The notes below the pieces were generated by a model. That model had not been told where the DNA came from. It saw nothing but the letters and a program-made list of their open reading frames with translations, and searched no databases. Of a DNA stretch of 64,000 nucleotides, positions 26,198 through 39,076 are shown in pieces. The position numbers and the translations under genes are program-made. Where the stretch lies: the NCBI GenBank assembly GCA_035084275.1, contig CM068756.1, forward strand, positions 6,200,001-6,264,000, read 5' to 3'. The number at the start of each line of letters is the position of its first letter. Position 1 is the stretch's first letter. This stretch comes from Hydrolagus colliei. Taxonomy: Eukaryota.

Positions 26198-28354
26198 TTT
26201 AGAAGCGGCGAGTGATATGATTGTATTAGCAGGAGCTTCTAACCCCTCTTTGTTCTCCTCATCAGGCCGCAGCCCAGTGCCACCCAAAAGCAATGCGGGG
26301 ATATTCCGACAAAAGTGAAAGTACTTTTTTTTTCTCTGTCCGACTGAACCTTACTCGACTAAAAAGAGAAAGCACACTGCTAAAACAGTGCCCATTCTAA
26401 TCATCTGTGCAACAATATTTGCTATCAGCCATTCTAAATAGATTATCAGCAGTCCATCTGTGTCATTATTGATTTATAAGGCTTTAAGCTGCTTTAGAAT
26501 GGAAGCTTTCCCACTAAGGGGCTTCTTGTACAAATCAGAGCCACGCTCAGATACAACAGTCTTTACTCAAGCTGAAAAAAAACCGATTGCACTTGAAAGA
26601 GTGGTACACAGACCACAAATTTAGGTGGAATTCATACCCGCTCCTTCCCTACCCCAATTACTATCAAAATGGATACATAAGTCATCTGCATCAAAGTTAT
26701 TTACATAAGTATGTTACCCATGTATAAAACTGGCATCATTACCATATGAATACTATATGCAAATGGATAAAACCAGAGCAGATGTTAGTGCATGTAATTG
26801 ACCTATATGTGAATTGCATCTGAACCCCATACTGTATTAATACTCTACACAGTAACTAGATATACTCTAAAAAGTCCATCTCTGAAACACTACACCAGAA
26901 ATGAACCTGACAGGGTCCCAGGGATGTTGAAACAAGGTCAGTTACCACTGTATTTCGCTGTCATCTGCATTCTGTTTCTTATAGATGACATCATCATGTG
27001 CTGTGTAAATCGATAACTTAATAGCATTTAGAAAATGCTGCAGTCTGGAGCAGGTTAGAGAGAATGCCCCAGTTTTATTCTCTTTGTGGCTGAAATGTCC
27101 TTCGTCTCAAACTGGAGTTCCTGCTTGAGTGCACTGTGCAAATCACAGATGCCATTTTTTATTCTCGGGCTTTATTTTTCACTTTTTCTCAGAATAACAT
27201 TAAATTGCAGTAAATAGCCTTTTTGTCAAGGGGCCATGGACCACCCTGTATATGATAATGCATTAGTGCCCTCCTTTCCAGCTACTCAACAGAAACATTC
27301 GGTGACTTAAGGGGTCGATACCAAGCAGCATTGTGTACAGCGGGGAACAACGGCAGCACATACTAGTAGAAACGCACATAATAAATTATTGTGTTATAAG
27401 AGTCTTAACAGGCAGGCACTGCTGTGAAAGGGTCAGCTTTATATTTATAATACAAAACAAAAAAAAAGAAATGCCATATTTGCCACGATAGTGCATTCAG
27501 CAGAAAAACTCCTGGAATCTCAACTTATTTTCTCATGTCACAACACCCAAATCCTCTAATAAATCTTATTAAGTTTTATGACGCTTACTATTCCGAGCAT
27601 GGTTTGCCATGATATTCACAAGCTATAAGACCATTTATTTGAAATAAATTAAGAAGCTGGTCAATCCATAAGCCTTGAGTTAAACTCCACCCCCTTCCTT
27701 TTCTTCTCAGTTCTTCCAGCTTCCACCTCACCTGCATTCTAAAATTAACAAGATCGATTGCAGACACAGATTAGACTTTGAGGTAGAAATCTATTAAAGT
27801 ATTAATGCACCTAGTTTTGTAAGCTTCATATATTTGAAACACAATCCATTCTGTTTTGCCACGAAACAATAAATCAACTAGTACATTCAGAAAATTACAA
27901 TTTAGAGTACATCTCGCTATGGCAAATTTCACAGGCTTCTGAAGTGGTGTTTGTTTTTACTATTTTGTTATTCATTGAAAGTATATTGATCAATGTAGTA
28001 TTGTGTTGCAATACCCTTCAGCAATGCAACCAACATTGTCAGCAACTTCATCTGCCGTTTGCCTTTTCAACAATAAAATCTGCCGGGTTGCTACCTCCCA
28101 GCAACTTTGTTTGTTCCAAAGACTCTCAAAAGGAGACGCAAACTGAATGCCTTCCCCCTCCCTTCTTGTGAGAAGTACTACCTTCTAGTATAGCATTTCT
28201 GTAGGATGTGCATGCAGCAGTGCTCCATGGGCTGCACTGTCCCTCTGTGCTAATGACACTAATAACAGGTGGGATGGAGGGAGCTTGGAGATAAATTACT
28301 AAAATAAAACACTCGTGAAACACATCCGATAATAACAATTCCTCTCTATTCTCT

Positions 28355-28410
28355 ACTTGACCAGCGTAAAAGGCATGGTATAAATGCAAGTTGTTGTAGT
28401 TGTTGTTGTT
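28355..28410 (+). mobile_element. L2 3' tail remnant
   Basis: CGTAAAAGGCA...TATAAATGCAAG(TTG)n. Confidence 0.7.
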
Positions 28411-28521
28411 GATTTGATCAATAGTCAGTAAGTACATATGCAAAACATGATCAGCATTACCTTTGCAGCACCCGATGTCATCTCCTATGCTATTCCTACG
28501 ACCTGTTGTACTACTGTGTGT

Positions 28522-28805
28522 GGAGTCATGTAGCTCAGTGATTAGACCACTCGCCTTACAAGTGTGAGACCTGTGTTCGAATCCAGGCAAGTCAGGGCGA
28601 AACCTTGGGCAAGTTTCCTTATTCCACACGCCTAATAACAATCCCTCAAAACAACAATAAAAAATTGGTCATTTCAATCCACAACTGTTTGTGGGACACT
28701 GCTGTGCACAATTATCTGCTGCATTTAGCCCATAAATATACAGTCAATTCACTTTATGGTATATTCTGCGAAGCACTTTGAGATGTCTAGAAGATTATTA
28801 TTATT
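28522..28805 (+). mobile_element. Short tRNA-headed SINE (family A), near full length, Pol III boxes well preserved
   Basis: A-box-like TAGCTCAGTGA at 28531 and B-box GTTCGAATCC at 28575-28584. Body and tail match 4118 and 35268. Confidence 0.9.
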
Positions 28806-28809
28806 AATT

Positions 28810-29050
28810 AGCTGTCCACAAAATATACAGGTGAGATCACTTTATAGGATATTCTGTGAAGTGCTTTGAGATGTCTCAATTACTTGATAAAGCATAATAT
28901 TAAATGCAAGGATTATTATTATTTTTCTACTCTGTTGTTATTTGCCCACCAAATTCCAACAGATAGTACAATTTACAGTATATCCTGTGAAGCGCTTTGG
29001 GACGTCCTCCCAATGTGAACGGCGCTAAATCAAATGTAAGTATCATTATT
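28810..29050 (+). mobile_element. Two further tandem SINE 3' ends
   Basis: The CAC.AAAT...ATT..C.TT.CAGTATAT.CTGTGAAG.GCTTTG.GA.GTC...AAATG.AAG.AT.ATTATT unit recurs at about 28810-28922 and 28940-29050. Confidence 0.85.
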
Positions 29051-29287
29051 GTTTACCATTATCAAAGAATCGACAAGAAGACAGATAATGTTGTCCTGTG
29101 GTGCAGATATCCTCCTGAATGTGTACATATATTTAGTGAGTCTTAAAATAATGGACAGTATTTACCTTCGAAGATAAATGAAGATAATGCAATCAGAATA
29201 CATGTCTGATTTACTCTCGGAGGCTCAGAGCATGACTGGAGGTCTCTAGGCAGATGAGACTGAGCATTTGCCTCCTGCTGTCAGTGA

Positions 29288-29375
29288 TTAGCATCATGGG
29301 ATCTTTATCATCTACCAGGGCTGGTACAGAGAACATTGGGTTAACATCTTAGGTGAGGAATGACACCTCAGTAGT
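29288..29375 (-). mobile_element. Deu-core fragment
   Basis: TAGCATCATGGGATCTTTA...GGTTAACATCTT...GACACCTC. Confidence 0.55.
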
Positions 29376-29892
29376 GAAATCCTAGGCAAAGGTCAATCCA
29401 TTATGACATAATTCAGAAAGAGCTAGTATTCTGTTGTTGCTCTCAGATGTCACTTCCTACTCCCACCCATGTGAATTCAAAGGATTATAATATACTTAGA
29501 GCGGAATATGAAACACAGTGGGCTAAAATGCAGTTACAGGAGATTAAATATTTCCATTGTTCACCAAAATAGTAACTTCAAATATGAAGTGAAGCCCTTA
29601 GTCTTTGCCTTCCGGTTATCTGTAACCCTCAGGGTAATAGTTTAATACTGCAAACCACAAAAGCAGCATAGAAGACAGCAAATGATTAGAAGATAGTTGT
29701 TTTCCCTCATGAATAAGAAATATCATTTAACTCAGAACTGCTGCAGAAGCAAGAAGCTAGCACGGATTTTTCTCATGAGTGAAATAAAAATCTGTACTTC
29801 ATTGGTCACTTAATATTCTGCATATTTGGGGGCCATTCAAGGAAACAATAAATGCTTCATTTCATGCACCAAAATTTGTTGCCCACTCCTCC

Positions 29893-30140
29893 TGAAAGAT
29901 TCTGTGGCACACCTCCAAAAGGAATGGGAGCTTCTCCTTGTGTCCCGACCAACAATCCCTCAGATATCATTGTTCGTTCGCTTCATGGCTGGTTGTGGTA
30001 CATTGTTATATGTAAATCGGCAGCCACATTTGCCTACAAAATACAGTCACTGCACTTTACAAGGCATCCTATTGAGCAATTTGAGATGTCCCCCTGACGT
30101 GAAACACACTGTATCATATACAAGGATTACAGGATTATTA
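29893..30140 (+). mobile_element. Deu-domain SINE 3' half
   Basis: AAAGATTCTGTGGCAC...TTCTCCTTGTGTCCCGACCAACAATCCCTCA, tail GACGTGAAA...CAAGGATTA. Confidence 0.8.
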
Positions 30141-31176
30141 ATCTAGGCTTTCCCCCATAGATCCACACTGTTAGTCCATGCAGCGGTATAAATCCAGCCT
30201 GTGAAAATGTTTACATATAACACAACAGTTGTTCCTTGGACAATTTCAACAGTGCAGGAAGAGACTCCTGGACACTTAGACACCCCCTTCCTCCTGTTGA
30301 AAATCCTTGCCGAGGTTGTTAAAGTCCAATGTTCTACTTCTGTAACCACAGGTCGAGAACCATTTTATCAGTAATTTGTAAATTATTACAAACTATCAGA
30401 ACAAAAAATATTAACGTTGAACTGTAAATCATCCAATGCTTAATATTATTGAAATCACTGGCTTGGCACAACAGGAAAATGGATTTACACAAGAATGCCT
30501 CTCTATGATTATACGTGCATATATATATTCGATGCAAATATAATTTACCTAGCTACTAAAAACATTTTTAACCTGTATCATGTAGTACCCTTCTGCAATA
30601 CCCTTCCGCAGTGATTTAAACCCAAATAATAATTTGGGCAAGGTTTTTGCTCACAAAAATGGAACCCCCTATATTGGGAATTCCAGGTAAATTATGCAAA
30701 TAGGATCTCAGCTGGATGAAGTTTATATTGACATAAACTTCGACAGAATTTATTGTTGAAAAATGTTCTGGAGAGTGAGGGGGGGTTTGTGGGAATTCCT
30801 CAGTTCGTGAAGTGTAGAGTCATTAACAAAGTGGGCTAACAGGCATGGAATGCCAGGTATTAACACACATCATTAATGTCGCTACAGTTGGTGACCTGTG
30901 AGATTGCTTGCCCACCGCTCTTTCCTGATTAACAGGCCTGGGGAATAAGCCATACACAGGAGCCAGATTGCATCATTTAGTTCAGACTCCTGAGACAACA
31001 GCTGCAATCAATGAATTGGTGTCTTCAGTATGAGAGGCATCCAAAGCTATGGCCGACATAAGAAGTAAAGAATGAACGTGCAAACAAAAGCTTAAGCAAG
31101 GAAGAACAGCAATAGTTTAATAATATCTTCCAAATGTAAATTCTTTGAAACTGCAGGACTTGTTGTTAGCAATATA

Positions 31177-31560
31177 AATAATAATAATCCTTGTATTTGA
31201 CCTAGGACCCTATCATATTATCGAATCCATCTTAAAAAGCTTCACAGGATTTGCAGTAGAGTTTTGCAAGCGAATGGAACAGTAAATTTGCACACAGCAG
31301 TGAAACCACACAGAGCCATGAAGTGAACAACCAATTAATTGGCCAGGATACCAGGAGAAACTGCCATCACTGTTATGATAAATTGTACAGAGTAGTGTCA
31401 TGTGTTTTTTAACATGACCTAAATCGGCAGACTGGACCTCAGTTTAATATTCCATCTGAAGGGCAGTACCTCTAATAATGCAATACTCCCCCAGCACTGG
31501 AATCGATTGTCAGCTTAGACAAGGTTCAAAGTCTTGACGTGGGGCTTGAACGGACAACCT
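31177..31560 (-). mobile_element. Deu-domain SINE
   Basis: Reverse tail AATAATCCTTGTATTTGA, TTGGCCAGGATACCAGGAGAA, CCTCAGTTTAAT, GCAATACTCCCCCAGCACT, GGGGCTTGAAC. Confidence 0.85.
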
Positions 31561-31899
31561 GGTTGTTATGTGTGTTCTATCTAGCATGAACTTAACAATG
31601 CACTTTTATGGCAATCTCTTGTCCTGAGGTTACAGAAAAATGGTTGTGATCCTCATTTCAAAAAGCAATCGCAAGCTCTCGTGAGATATAGATCCCTGAG
31701 AGTCTAAACCCAGATGTTTAAGGAATGACTGGATGATATATGACAAATTAGCCACTATTCACAACATATTCAGACCACATAAAAGAATGTTCTAAGAGTA
31801 ACCTCTGTTCTTTTGACTTTGGCATTCTTGCTATGAGCACATCCAAAAAGAACTGAGGCCCTTTGTAAAGGCAAGACAATTATTACATCTATCTTTGGT

Positions 31900-32120
31900 G
31901 TGGAAACAGATGTGCTATTTGCGAGCTTGTATTTTAGCAGACATCTGGGGTTCACTATCTTTCTTGTCAAGTTGGTTCCATTCATGACTAAACACAATAG
32001 CAACCATCCAGCGGGTCACTCTTGCTAGATGATTTCTCAAGAACTCTTCTCCAGATCAGGTAGCTCAACCTCAAGAGAGATGGCTACTCTCTTAATGTAT
32101 TTGTTAAATCTGTCCAGCTC
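31900..32120 (-). mobile_element. Possible decayed Rex1/Babar-like LINE C-terminus
   Basis: Minus strand reads ELDRFNKYIKRVAISLEVELPDLE and later RKIVNPRC, loosely like the Rex1 pattern RLDKLIKKA..VLG..L..LE...RLLHPRC. Confidence 0.3.
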
Positions 32121-32126
32121 AAAACA

Positions 32127-32345
32127 CATAAGATTACAAGAGAGGTTCAGATGAAGATGGTCCTTTGGTCAATTTGATTCCATCCTTCCAGAATATCTTC
32201 CATTCTCCGATTACAACATTGAGTTGCTTCCTAAATTAGTCCTGACTTCAACCACTCTTCCTACTGTTGTTACCCTCTTGATAAATAAATACTTCTCAGT
32301 CCTGAAGTTGTCCTTTGCAAACCTGTGCCATCTTTCAATGATCTA
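32127..32345 (-). mobile_element. CR1 LINE 3' end (decayed)
   Basis: CATAAGA...GAAGATGGTCCTTTGGTC...CATCCTTCCA...CTTCAACCACTCTTCCT...ACCCTCT, similar to the copy at 39077. Confidence 0.6.
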
Positions 32346-33399
32346 CTGTCCAATTTTGAAAGAAGAATAATTTGATTAGTATCATTTTATTTTTAAATGA
32401 AATGAAGTAAGGAAGTAGCTATGAATAATATATTCACTGGTTCCTTTAACAAGGGCATAATCCAGAATCTGAAGTACACTGCCCGGTGTTTTGATAGCCA
32501 CATTGACAACACTGACTATTCTGATCAGTTTTCACTTCTGTGTATAGTATTTGACATGATTTTTGCTTCCGTGTGCATAAAAGCCCTGAAAACTCTTAGG
32601 TGCTGTGGGAGGAATTGGGACTTTACATGCAGACGCGGATGAACTGCCCTCTATTTTAGCAGCATTTTATTCCTCGATTTCATACCCATAGCTGAATGCT
32701 TGCCTGCATCATTGGGTGCTTCATAAATCAACTTCTGTTTTGAGCTTCTATCCGATTTCTAGCTTCCCTCCTTTCTACACTTGAGAAGTGCTAACAGAGG
32801 GAATCTGAGCCAGCACTTGGTAAACAGAAATCTTATCTGTTTTAGCGGTTTTGGGGTGAAGAAAGTATAAATGTCCTGCGCCGATCCACAATGTCAGCAA
32901 TCTGACATCATGGCAACATAAAGCACATGGGTGTAGGAAGGTGAAGTGGATTTTCAGGGGAGAGAGTAGAAAAAGAGCGGGTGGGGTGTGGACAGAGAAA
33001 GTCTGAGGAAGAAACACATTTTTGTACAATAATAGGGCAAAATAACAAGCTCGCGAAATAGAAAATAATGCAATAGGATGTACTCGGAAGAAACGACTTT
33101 GAAGTTTAAAGTGTTGTGAGTTAGCCGCACACCCTACTCCATTCGCACTACAGAACTTGTAGAATGGTGACAGACATTAACATCAGGATTCCAGCTGTTG
33201 CCTCAGGGTTCCTAATTTGGTTATGTAATCTGCTTTTCATATAGGCTGGATCCTGTTTTATTTTTATCTGCCCCAATGCTGTAAATTGCAGAAGCTGGAG
33301 AATGTTTTTTTTTGTTTCCAAAGCTGTTTGTTGGCTGCTAGGTACATTTTAGCTTTGGCAAGGGAGACAGTGCTAAACAAAAAATCGTTCTGTTTTTTC

Positions 33400-33822
33400 T
33401 CGCTAATTTTCTCCACCAGTTCTCTTCTCTCCTCCAGATGGTGTTTGGCTCCTTATTGCCTTTTATATGGTGTGGTTCTGTGGTCACCTTGCACCTTGCC
33501 TAAGTGGCCAATATTTATGGATGAGCCTTGATAGTGACTGCTGACGGACTACTTCACTTGCTAGTGACTGCAGGTGGAAGGGAGCCTGCCACTGAACCCC
33601 CCCTCTCCCTATCCCAAACCCCAACCCTGCTCTCAGTCAGTATCAACACAAGACCTTTACAGCAGGGGGCACCACATAGAGACAAGGAATTGAATATTAG
33701 CTGATTTCCTCCGCTGTAACCTTGGAAGCTGAGGCCAGATGCAATACCCTCAACTAATACTGCAATAGAGATGAGCTAATTTAACACAGACTGCGAGAAC
33801 GAACCACAGAGCCTCTTGGTCA
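33400..33822 (-). mobile_element. Ancient SINE resembling AmnSINE2
   Basis: Minus strand reads GTCTGTGTTAAATTAGCTCATCTC...TGGCCTCAGC...GAAATCAGC...CCCCTGCTG...AGGCTCA...TGGCCACTTAGGCAAGGT, collinear with the recalled AmnSINE2-type consensus. Confidence 0.65.
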
Positions 33823-33917
33823 GGGGAGGTGTACCAACTTTTCTGAAAGGAAAGTAAAAGCTACATGAGCAGCCTTTTTCACATCAAGGGTCCTCGGAGC
33901 AATAATAAATAAGCCAT

Positions 33918-34050
33918 GTATTTGATGTATGTCAGGATGGCACCTCAAAGCTCTTCACATGATTTGCTGTAAAGTATATGTAATGACTGTTACATTTACT
34001 GATGAACATAACAGCCTATTTGCTCACAGTAATGTCCCCCAAACAGCAAA
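33918..34050 (-). mobile_element. SINE 3' fragment
   Basis: TGTATTTGAT...CACCTCAAAGCTCTTCACA...AATGTCCCCCAAACAGC. Confidence 0.65.
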
Positions 34051-35267
34051 GAAGCAAAAGTGTTGGCTTGATATATTTTTTTTAAAAAAGAACTGTATTG
34101 GGAGAGCTGTCTGTGGTGTACACAGCACTGTGAGCAGACATTAGTCTGCAGCAGGATGAGCGTTAAACAAGATGCAGCTTGCATTAAACATCTTTGTCAC
34201 ATAAAATGTGGTCACTGGGAAATAAAGAGCATTTGCTTTTCTGAAAAAGAAATGAATTTCAACTGTGCTAGTTATAATAAATATCTAATTCAACAAATCA
34301 TTTGAGTCAGATACTATTGAACACATATTCAATTCTTTCAGAGCTGCTTCCCATCCCCTCCAACACACACGCACACACACACAGCACATATCACAGTGCT
34401 GCAAGGTTCAAGGGTTGAGGCTGTCATCTTTTGATTAAGAAAAGGAAATGATTTCACTAAATAGCAATTCGCTCTTATGTTGTTTTGTTTTAACTGACTT
34501 TGTAGTTTGCAATGAGCTGGACATATTTATTGAAGCACATAAGTTACTTCATGGTTCCTAACATCATGCTAATCTTAACAAAATATCTTCTTTCCTGCCA
34601 ATAGTCTGAATGTCACAACTATAAAATACCCTTAACATCATCTATACTGTAAACATCTTCACTGCAAGGTTTTGACTCCAAACACTGAGATGTATTAGAA
34701 TTGTTTGAGGGGGGGAATTTGTAAAAAAATAAGTCAGAAAGAACAAAATAAAAGTAGTATCTTCCATCTGTTACATAATTTTCTTTTGTGGTGATGTGCA
34801 TGCCAGTTAAGTGAACCATGGCTTGTTAAAATGACTACTATGCCACAGATTGAAAACAAAGAACAAGCCTTTAATGGCTGAATATTTCTCAAGCACCTCT
34901 GACATGCAAACAACTGCACAAACATGAAACTGATGTGAACAGTTGGAAGTAGGGAATCACATCAAGATGAATGCCGTTTGCCCGTTGCATATTAAAGCTG
35001 ATGTTTCTCCAGGAAAAAAAAACTTCTACTTTAAAAACTTATTCTGAATTGCTCAACATTGCTATTGTTTCATGCCTACTCTGCTTTTAATTGTAAACTT
35101 TTAATAATAAAAGCAATCTGGGTTACAAGCCACAAACTCATTACTCCTGGCCAGACAATTACAATGACAATTCCAGGAACAAGACAATCTTTCGTTTAGT
35201 GCAGCTGGTGTTTTTTATGATAACATTTTTGGTGCTGAAGTAAATAGGAAAATAATCATAATATTGT

Positions 35268-35516
35268 AATAATCCTTGCATTTGATAGAGCACTTTTCAC
35301 TCTAGACACCTCAAAGCGCTTCACAGAATATATTGTCAAGTGAGTTGACTATATATTTGTGGGCAGAACCCGGTAGTCAATTGCACAGAGCAGTTAGGGA
35401 TTATTATTAGACATGTGGAGTAAGGAAACATGCCCAGGGTTTCACCCTACTGCGAATCGAACCCAAGTTTCTCGCTTGCAAGGTGAGTGATCACTGTCAC
35501 TGAGCTACAGGACTTC
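35268..35516 (-). mobile_element. Short tRNA-headed SINE (family A)
   Basis: Reverse complement of the 28522 copy: AATCCTTGCATTTGATA...CTCAAAGCGCTTCACAGAATATA...TCGAACCC...CACTGAGCTACAGGACT. Confidence 0.9.
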
Positions 35517-36149
35517 AAAGAATTAGCACTGAGTAGATTACTCATAATATGAACATTATATAATTATATATACATATAAAAATATTTTTCAGCCAGCTGA
35601 GTTGGTAGATTAAATAACTTTACTGGGTAAAAATTCCACGTTATGTCTAGATTTTATTCTATTTATGTAGCATTTCAGCATCCGGAATTTGGCAAGTTCT
35701 TAAATGCAGTTTTAACTTTGAAGCTGTTTTTCTGTAACTTCTCCTAAAAACTAAAACACTTCTGCCCAATAAGCTAAATAATCCACCAGCTGCTTGAGTA
35801 AATACATTTATATAATAAAATCATTGACTGTTGATATTACCGGTGAGTAATTCTAAGAACGACAGAAAAACAGGTTCAAAGTTAGGAATGAATTCAACAA
35901 AATGCCAGATTTTAGACAATCTCTCAATTGCTACAGAAAAAAACTCCCAATATATGTAATGTGTTTTATAATTAAAAATAAAATTATTCTCAACTTAATG
36001 TGTATTAAGTCAAAAAATCAATAGGTGAAATCACAAGGGACATCTCTCTTTGAAGTTTATCTTATGATCTTTGTGTGCGGCAGTGATGAGGTTCTTCACC
36101 CAGACCAATCTTGCATCATTTTTAGTCACAATCAAACTATGTCCTCTTA

Positions 36150-36461
36150 CTGTGCCCTGTATGAAACACCCTATTTATTCCTCTTCAGTTCTGTTTCTAC
36201 TTCTCTGCTCACCCCCTCCACTCAGCTAATTCAGGCTTACCAAGCTTTTGGATCCTATCCCCTTAAACTCTGTAAATCCTTACCTCCAGCTCTTCTGTCC
36301 TACCACCTCTCTTTAAGTGGTGCCTCAGAACCTCTTCAAATGTGCCTATGGCCACATTCACCCTTCCCTGTTCAGGATTTGACCCCATCCTTATAAAGCT
36401 CTTTGAAATGATATCCTACATGAAGGGTACTATATAAATGCAAATTGTTGTTATTGTTGTT
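36150..36461 (+). mobile_element. L2 LINE 3' end (decayed)
   Basis: Pyrimidine-rich body ending AAAGCTCTTTGA...CATGAAGGGTACTATATAAATGCAAA(TTG)n. Confidence 0.7.
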
Positions 36462-36911
36462 TGACAGGCAAGGTTATCGAGGCAGTGAGCAAGCAACGAC
36501 CAAAGCAATCCATTTATTTTTCTCCCCAACACCGAGCAATAAACTTATTCGCAATCTTTACCAATAGTCATTAAATGATAATTAAACAGTAACACCAAAT
36601 AATTAACTTCTTTTATAATTACACCTCGAGGGCACAAAAACTGATATATTTTTAAAAAAATAAAATGAGGAGCCACTTTACCCTAGACTATGATCCGGAG
36701 GGGAAGAAATTTGGTTGGAAATATTACACCTAAAGGTGATTAATCCACTTCCACCATCACGTTTTATTCCCTTTTCTCTGTGGCGTTTTCTCCCAAAGCA
36801 GAACTTCCTTAAGAGGAGGGAAGAACAATTTATTTAAGATTCACGACAGAAGCTTGTATAGCTCTGCCAAACCACGTGTTTCTGCTTGTAGCTAAATGGA
36901 AATAGTCCTGG

Positions 36912-37168
36912 AACTTCTGCATTGTCAGAGGTTCTGTCCTTCGGATGGGATATTGAACCTACTCAGGTGGAAGTTAACCAACCCAAAACCTGTTCAAAAA
37001 GAAAAGGGCGTTTCTCAAGTGATTTGATCAATAATGCCGCACATAGAAAAAAAATGTTTATTCAATCGGGGACCATTGCTTGCGTAAACTAGGTGACACC
37101 TTCACCTACAATACACAGCCACGACGTTCTACAGTGATTCCTGCATAGGCGTTTTGAGACATTTCAAT
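36912..37168 (+). mobile_element. Deu-domain SINE, partial
   Basis: CTGCATTGTCAGAGGTTCTGTCCTTCGGATGGGATATTGAAC...CTCAGGTGGA. Confidence 0.7.
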
Positions 37169-39076
37169 AACATTTATTTGAACAGAATCAAGTTACTGTC
37201 TCGTTCTAGAGCTAAGCGCTTGCGAGATTCTCGGCTACTTTCAAAATCTGGGAAAAGGAGCAAAATAATATGGGCAATGCTCAACACGAAGTCCGGTGCA
37301 GAAATTCCATCCCTCAGGACTTTACGCAGTAAATTGGTGGTGTTAACTGTGGCGTGTAAAGAGAATAATGAATAAAGTCAAAATGTTTCTCTGAAGAATT
37401 TAGTTACTGAATTTATCATCTCCTGCCAATAACAACCAAGTAACATTTCTAAACGAAGTACATAAAAATACTGGCAATGGTACATAGAATTCAACACGCG
37501 CCCTGGTTATTCTTGAAGGAAACTGTATTAAAATCGTTCCCTTGAAGGTCCACATGTAGCCTGGTCCATTGCTAAAGGGTAATGCACGGAAAGGGTTTTA
37601 ATACAAAAGTTTGTACAGTAAATAGGATTATGTAATCTCTTCAAGTAAGACTATCATGGTACACTAAAGGATGAAAGATCGATCATTCAAGCATTCAATC
37701 TGAGCTGGTCAGATCCACATGCTTTAATGCCATAGGTTGCGTCAGTCAGGGATATAGCAATAAAATTTAAAGTTGATATAATTACAGTGCGCCAGAGCTA
37801 TGCAGCAGCGTCTCAATACCAATTACAACAGCATTACTTAGTCTGGGCTCCCTCTATAACATACACTTGTCAATCCCTTATAAATACATCTTTGACAAAA
37901 GTCAAAACCAGAGATTTCTTTTTAGTATTCCTCAGAGTCATGCAAATGTTCTTTTATTCCCCCCACCCTCCCCCTCAGTTTTTCCTTTTTTGTCCCTTTT
38001 GTTTAGGTCCCCAGTGGTTGAGGATGGGCAGTCAAGCTCCCGGGTGTCTGCCAACACCAGTCTAGAGACATCTGTTAGGAGGTTGCTGAAATGACACGGA
38101 CCCAAGTGATGAGCTGCCAATTTTTCTCTGCTTCCCTGTGGAAAAGGGTCTGCTCTCTGTTCGCCACCTTCTCTAATGCCTCGACTGTCTGAAACTCATC
38201 GTGTGTGGAGCAAATTCACATCACGTCACCATCTTGTGCCACCCTAAAGGCCTGTTTGTATATGTACATTATGCAAACATATCAGAGGATGTGAGTTAGA
38301 TAAACATGTGACTAATACAAGACAACTTCCAGGATCACCTCAAATCTCATTACAAATGACATCATCGGAGTAGATTAAAAATGCAGGCAAGTTCTGCCTA
38401 AGAATAACTTTGATCTACAAAGGATTATTTTTCCCCCAGCAGTAACTTTCTATTAATGCAAGCTGCTTCCCTTGTAATCAAGCTTTTTCAGTGCAACTTT
38501 TCCCCTGAACTTTGTATTATTGTTTCCACAATAAGACCCTACAGTCACGTAATAATAAAAGAATTCATTAACCTTTAGGGCACTGCAGATTAATTATCTC
38601 ACGCAATGTTAGCATTCCTTTATTTGGTGCTAAAAGAAGCACATCGGAGATTGGTCTGATTGTACCTTTAATGTTAATTTACAAGCATTTCAGGTGGCTT
38701 GAAAACTCGCCTTTGGAGTCGTTTTCCAGCCAATCAAGCGGCAAATTGTTTGCAAAGTGGAACTACTTTCAAAATGGACAGAAGAACCCAGGACGCTGTG
38801 AAGTACTTAATTATTAGGGAGTTGATGTTCAGATTGGAATGCAACTTTATCATAAATCTGCAAAGGTTAATGTGATTTACTGTAAATATACATAATTCAA
38901 GTACACTAAATTTACCAGCGTATGAAGCATCACACCCTTAATGTGCTTTACATATTCAGGTGTACTACAGTAATCATCTGCGAGCCACCAAATATATATT
39001 TTTGCCAGTATCTCTATCATATTTTGACTTCACGTACTGATGTATAACAGCCTAATGCATAAAGTCATCTGCAAGA

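Noticed and set aside
28522-28595. tRNA gene
   Set aside because: No convincing acceptor stem, and it continues into a SINE body found in several copies.
28126-28641. Longest ORF (171 aa, minus strand)
   Set aside because: Runs antisense through a SINE head and an L2 tail; no recognisable domain.
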